This document shows, piece by piece, positions 17,782 to 19,682 of a stretch of 19,682 bases of DNA. A program made the translations under genes and the position numbers. The stretch is from Gemmatimonadales bacterium. GTDB lineage: Bacteria > Gemmatimonadota > Gemmatimonadetes > Gemmatimonadales > GWC2-71-9. Position 1 is the stretch's first letter; each line of letters starts with the position of its first letter. The notes beneath the pieces are model-generated. The model did not search any database and was not told the DNA's origin. It saw nothing but the letters and a program-made list of their open reading frames with translations. Where the stretch lies: the NCBI GenBank assembly GCA_041615815.1, contig JBFJCP010000049.1, forward strand, positions 1-19,682, given 5' to 3'.

Positions 17782-17799
17782 GGCGGCGGCGGCGGCGGC
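17782..17799 (+). repeat. (GGC)6 trinucleotide tract
   Basis: Directly visible in intergenic DNA; partly complementary to 17821-17839. Confidence 0.85.
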
Positions 17800-17851
17800 G
17801 GGACCTCGAGACTGACCCCTCTGCCGCCTTTTGCCGCCCCAGCCGCTTCGC

Positions 17852-17856
17852 GGAGG
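17852..17856 (+). promoter_or_regulatory. Ribosome-binding site
   Basis: GGAGG 6 nt upstream of ATG 17863. Confidence 0.75.
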
Positions 17857-17862
17857 TCCTTT

Positions 17863-18408
17863 ATGAAACTGCGCCGTGTCCCCTCCTTTTTCTTCGTTTG
17901 CGCGTTGGCAGCGCTCGCCGGCTCAGCCAGCCTCGAGGCCCAGTCACCGGATCCGCGGCCAGCGGACGTGGCCACGCCACAGGCGATCGTGGATGCCACG
18001 TACGCGGCGGTTTCCCGGGCTCCGGGAAACGCGTACGACTGGGATCGTTTCCGATCCTTGTTTCTCCCAGCCGCCCGCCTCATTCCCAATCTCGAGCAGA
18101 CTGGCGGGGAGTTGCGGGTGCTCACCGTGGAGGAGTTCATCGCGTGGGTGGATCCCTTGACTCGGGTCGGCGGTCCGGACGATCGGGGGTGGGCCGAGAC
18201 GGGAATCGCGAGCCGCATCGACCGCTACGGTGACGTGGCGCAGGTGTTCAGCACGTACCAGAAGCAGTATGGGGACGCCGCCGAGGACCTCGGACGCGGC
18301 ATCAACTCGTTCCAGCTGATATGGAATGCAGGGCGCTGGTGGATCGTCGGGATCGCGTGGGACGAGGAGACGAGCGGCATCGCCATTCCGGCGGAGTATT
18401 TGCCGTAG
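17863..18408 (+). CDS. Secreted conserved hypothetical protein, probable NTF2/SnoaL-like fold
   Basis: Good RBS; Sec-type signal peptide MKLRR-hydrophobic-(LEA/Q). The pattern 'DV.TP.AIV...Y..VS...G...DWDRFRSLFLP.ARLI...RYGDVAQVFSTY...RGINSFQL....GRWWIV.IAWD.E....IPAEYL' is one I recognise as a widespread NTF2-like hypothetical family. Confidence 0.85.
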   Translation: MKLRRVPSFFFVCALAALAGSASLEAQSPDPRPADVATPQAIVDATYAAVSRAPGNAYDWDRFRSLFLPAARLIPNLEQTGGELRVLTVEEFIAWVDPLTRVGGPDDRGWAETGIASRIDRYGDVAQVFSTYQKQYGDAAEDLGRGINSFQLIWNAGRWWIVGIAWDEETSGIAIPAEYLP

Positions 18409-18422
18409 GAGAGGGCGCGGCG

Positions 18423-18492
18423 GGGGCGGGAGCGGTGCAGTGGCGGCAGCACAGTCGCTAGGCAGCCCCGCTCCAGCCACCTATCCCGCCCC
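18423..18492 (+). other. GC-rich inverted repeat downstream of the NTF2-like gene (possible RNA stem or weak terminator)
   Basis: GGGGCGGGA (18423-18431) pairs with TCCCGCCCC (18484-18492); an alternative pairing is GGAGCGG/CCGCTCC (18429-18435/18468-18474). Only TTCT follows, so there is no real U-tract. Confidence 0.3.
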
Positions 18493-18677
18493 TTCTAGTG
18501 CCAAATATCACAACTCGAGCCCGGACACCCCCTCAACTTTCTCATTCGTGCCCCGAACCTACCATCGACCCGGTCGTGGCCGTTTCGAGAGCACATCCGT
18601 CACGGCCTTCCACGGCCGAACCTCAAACCGTAGGGCGCCCCAGCGGCTGAGGCCCCCGCTTCATCGGGACAAAGAAC

Positions 18678-19682
18678 GTGAAAGCCCCAATACCAGCAAA
18701 CGAAGCCGCCAGGCTCGAGGCGCTCGAGCGCTTCGATATCCTGGACACCCTGCCCGAGCAGGCGTACGACGACATCACGCGTCTGGCGTCCATGATCGTG
18801 GGGGCGCCGATCGCGTTGATGAGTCTCGTGGACGCGGATCGGCAGTGGTTCAAGTCCAAGATCGGTCTCACGGCCTCGGAGACGCCGCGGGACCTCGCGT
18901 TCTGTGCGCATGCCATTCTGCAGCCCGAGGATCTTCTGGTGGTGCCGGACGCCACGCAGGACCGGCGGTTCGCCTCCAATCCACTGGTGAAGGCCGACCC
19001 GCGGATTCGTTTCTATGCTGGGGCGCCGCTGGTGACGAGGGAGGGGGCGGCGCTCGGGACGCTGTGTGTGATCGACCGCATGCCGCGCGAGATGGAGCCG
19101 GAGCAGCGGGAGGCGTTGCGGGCGCTGGCGCGGCAGGTGATGGCCCAGCTCCAGCTCCGTCGCTCGCTGATGGAGCTCGAGGAGAGCGCCGAGGTGCGGG
19201 AGCAGTACCAGCGGCAACTCGAGGACTATCAGCGAAAGCTCGAGGCCATCAACCTCCGGCTCCACGTGCAGAGCGTTACGGACGAGTTGACCGGCGTGAT
19301 GAATCGCCGGGCGTTCGAGCAGCGGTTGGGCGAGGAGATCGAGCGCGCCCGGCGGTACGAGCTCCCGCTCTCGCTGCTCATGCTCGACGTGGACGCCTTC
19401 AAGCAATTCAACGACTCGTTTGGGCATCCGGCGGGTGATGTGGTGTTGCAGCAGGTGGCGCGGCTTCTGGAGCGTAGCAGCCGCGCGAGCGACATCGTGG
19501 CCCGGTACGGCGGCGAGGAGTTTGGGATTATTCTTCCCAATACGGACCGGCACAATGGGTTGGTGGTGGCTGAGCGATGCCGGCGGTACATCGAGACCGG
19601 TGCGTGGGAACAACGTCCCATCACGATCAGCGTGGGGCTCTCGACCCTGTCCGAGGAGGTTGCCGAGGCAGACGAGTTGGTG
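18678..19682 (+). CDS. GAF-sensor diguanylate cyclase (GAF-coiled coil-GGDEF), 3'-truncated by the window edge
   Basis: Translated by hand from GTG 18678: [24 protein letters not shown]...DRQWFKS...FCAHAI...RFYAGAPL...GTLCVID (GAF), then [31 protein letters not shown]-site RASD (19482-19493) and RYGGEEF (GGEEF 19509-19523). No stop codon before the window end. Confidence 0.95.
   Translation, partial: MKAPIPANEAARLEALERFDILDTLPEQAYDDITRLASMIVGAPIALMSLVDADRQWFKSKIGLTASETPRDLAFCAHAILQPEDLLVVPDATQDRRFASNPLVKADPRIRFYAGAPLVTREGAALGTLCVIDRMPREMEPEQREALRALARQVMAQLQLRRSLMELEESAEVREQYQRQLEDYQRKLEAINLRLHVQSVTDELTGVMNRRAFEQRLGEEIERARRYELPLSLLMLDVDAFKQFNDSFGHPAGDVVLQQVARLLERSSRASDIVARYGGEEFGIILPNTDRHNGLVVAERCRRYIETGAWEQRPITISVGLSTLSEEVAEADELV

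Noticed and set aside
18571..18618. Imperfect hairpin upstream of the cyclase as a c-di-GMP riboswitch
   Set aside because: I could not find the conserved tetraloop/receptor or junction motifs; such stems are common in GC-rich DNA. An Rfam scan would settle it.
18326..19613. ORFs 18326-19438 (+, 370 aa) and 18600-19613 (-, 337 aa)
   Set aside because: Both overlap the clearly recognisable GAF-GGDEF frame starting at 18678 and have no family features.
1..19682. Absence of PPTase, MbtH, transporter or tailoring genes as a sign of a dead cluster
   Set aside because: The window is truncated on the hydrolase side and both NRPS frames are intact, so absence here is uninformative.

Overview
GC-rich bacterial DNA dominated by a two-gene, minus-strand NRPS operon. 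NRPS-A (probable start 17412 to 6958) reads C-A-T-C-A-T-C-A-T-TE. It is coupled by an ATGA overlap to NRPS-B (6961 to 1238), which reads half-C-A*-T-C-A-T with no release domain. Specificity codes read by eye suggest Val, an acidic/alpha-aminoadipate-like residue (Lys2-like A domain) and Gly for NRPS-A. For NRPS-B they suggest an atypical non-alpha-amino-acid or inactive A domain, then Gly. A tandem pair of alpha/beta-hydrolases (one with a G-L-C-S-G elbow) converges on the operon with an 11-bp gap. The region upstream of the operon holds a correctly spaced sigma54 (-24/-12) promoter facing the NRPS, a candidate enhancer palindrome and a G-rich 9-bp tandem repeat. Divergent from the operon are a secreted NTF2/SnoaL-like protein and a GAF-GGDEF diguanylate cyclase that runs off the window and is absent from the ORF track. 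The most interesting candidate system is a non-colinear, sigma54-driven NRPS with several atypical domains and a possible trans-acting hydrolase/transacylase pair. All family and substrate calls come from motifs read by eye; no searches were run, and domain boundaries are approximate.
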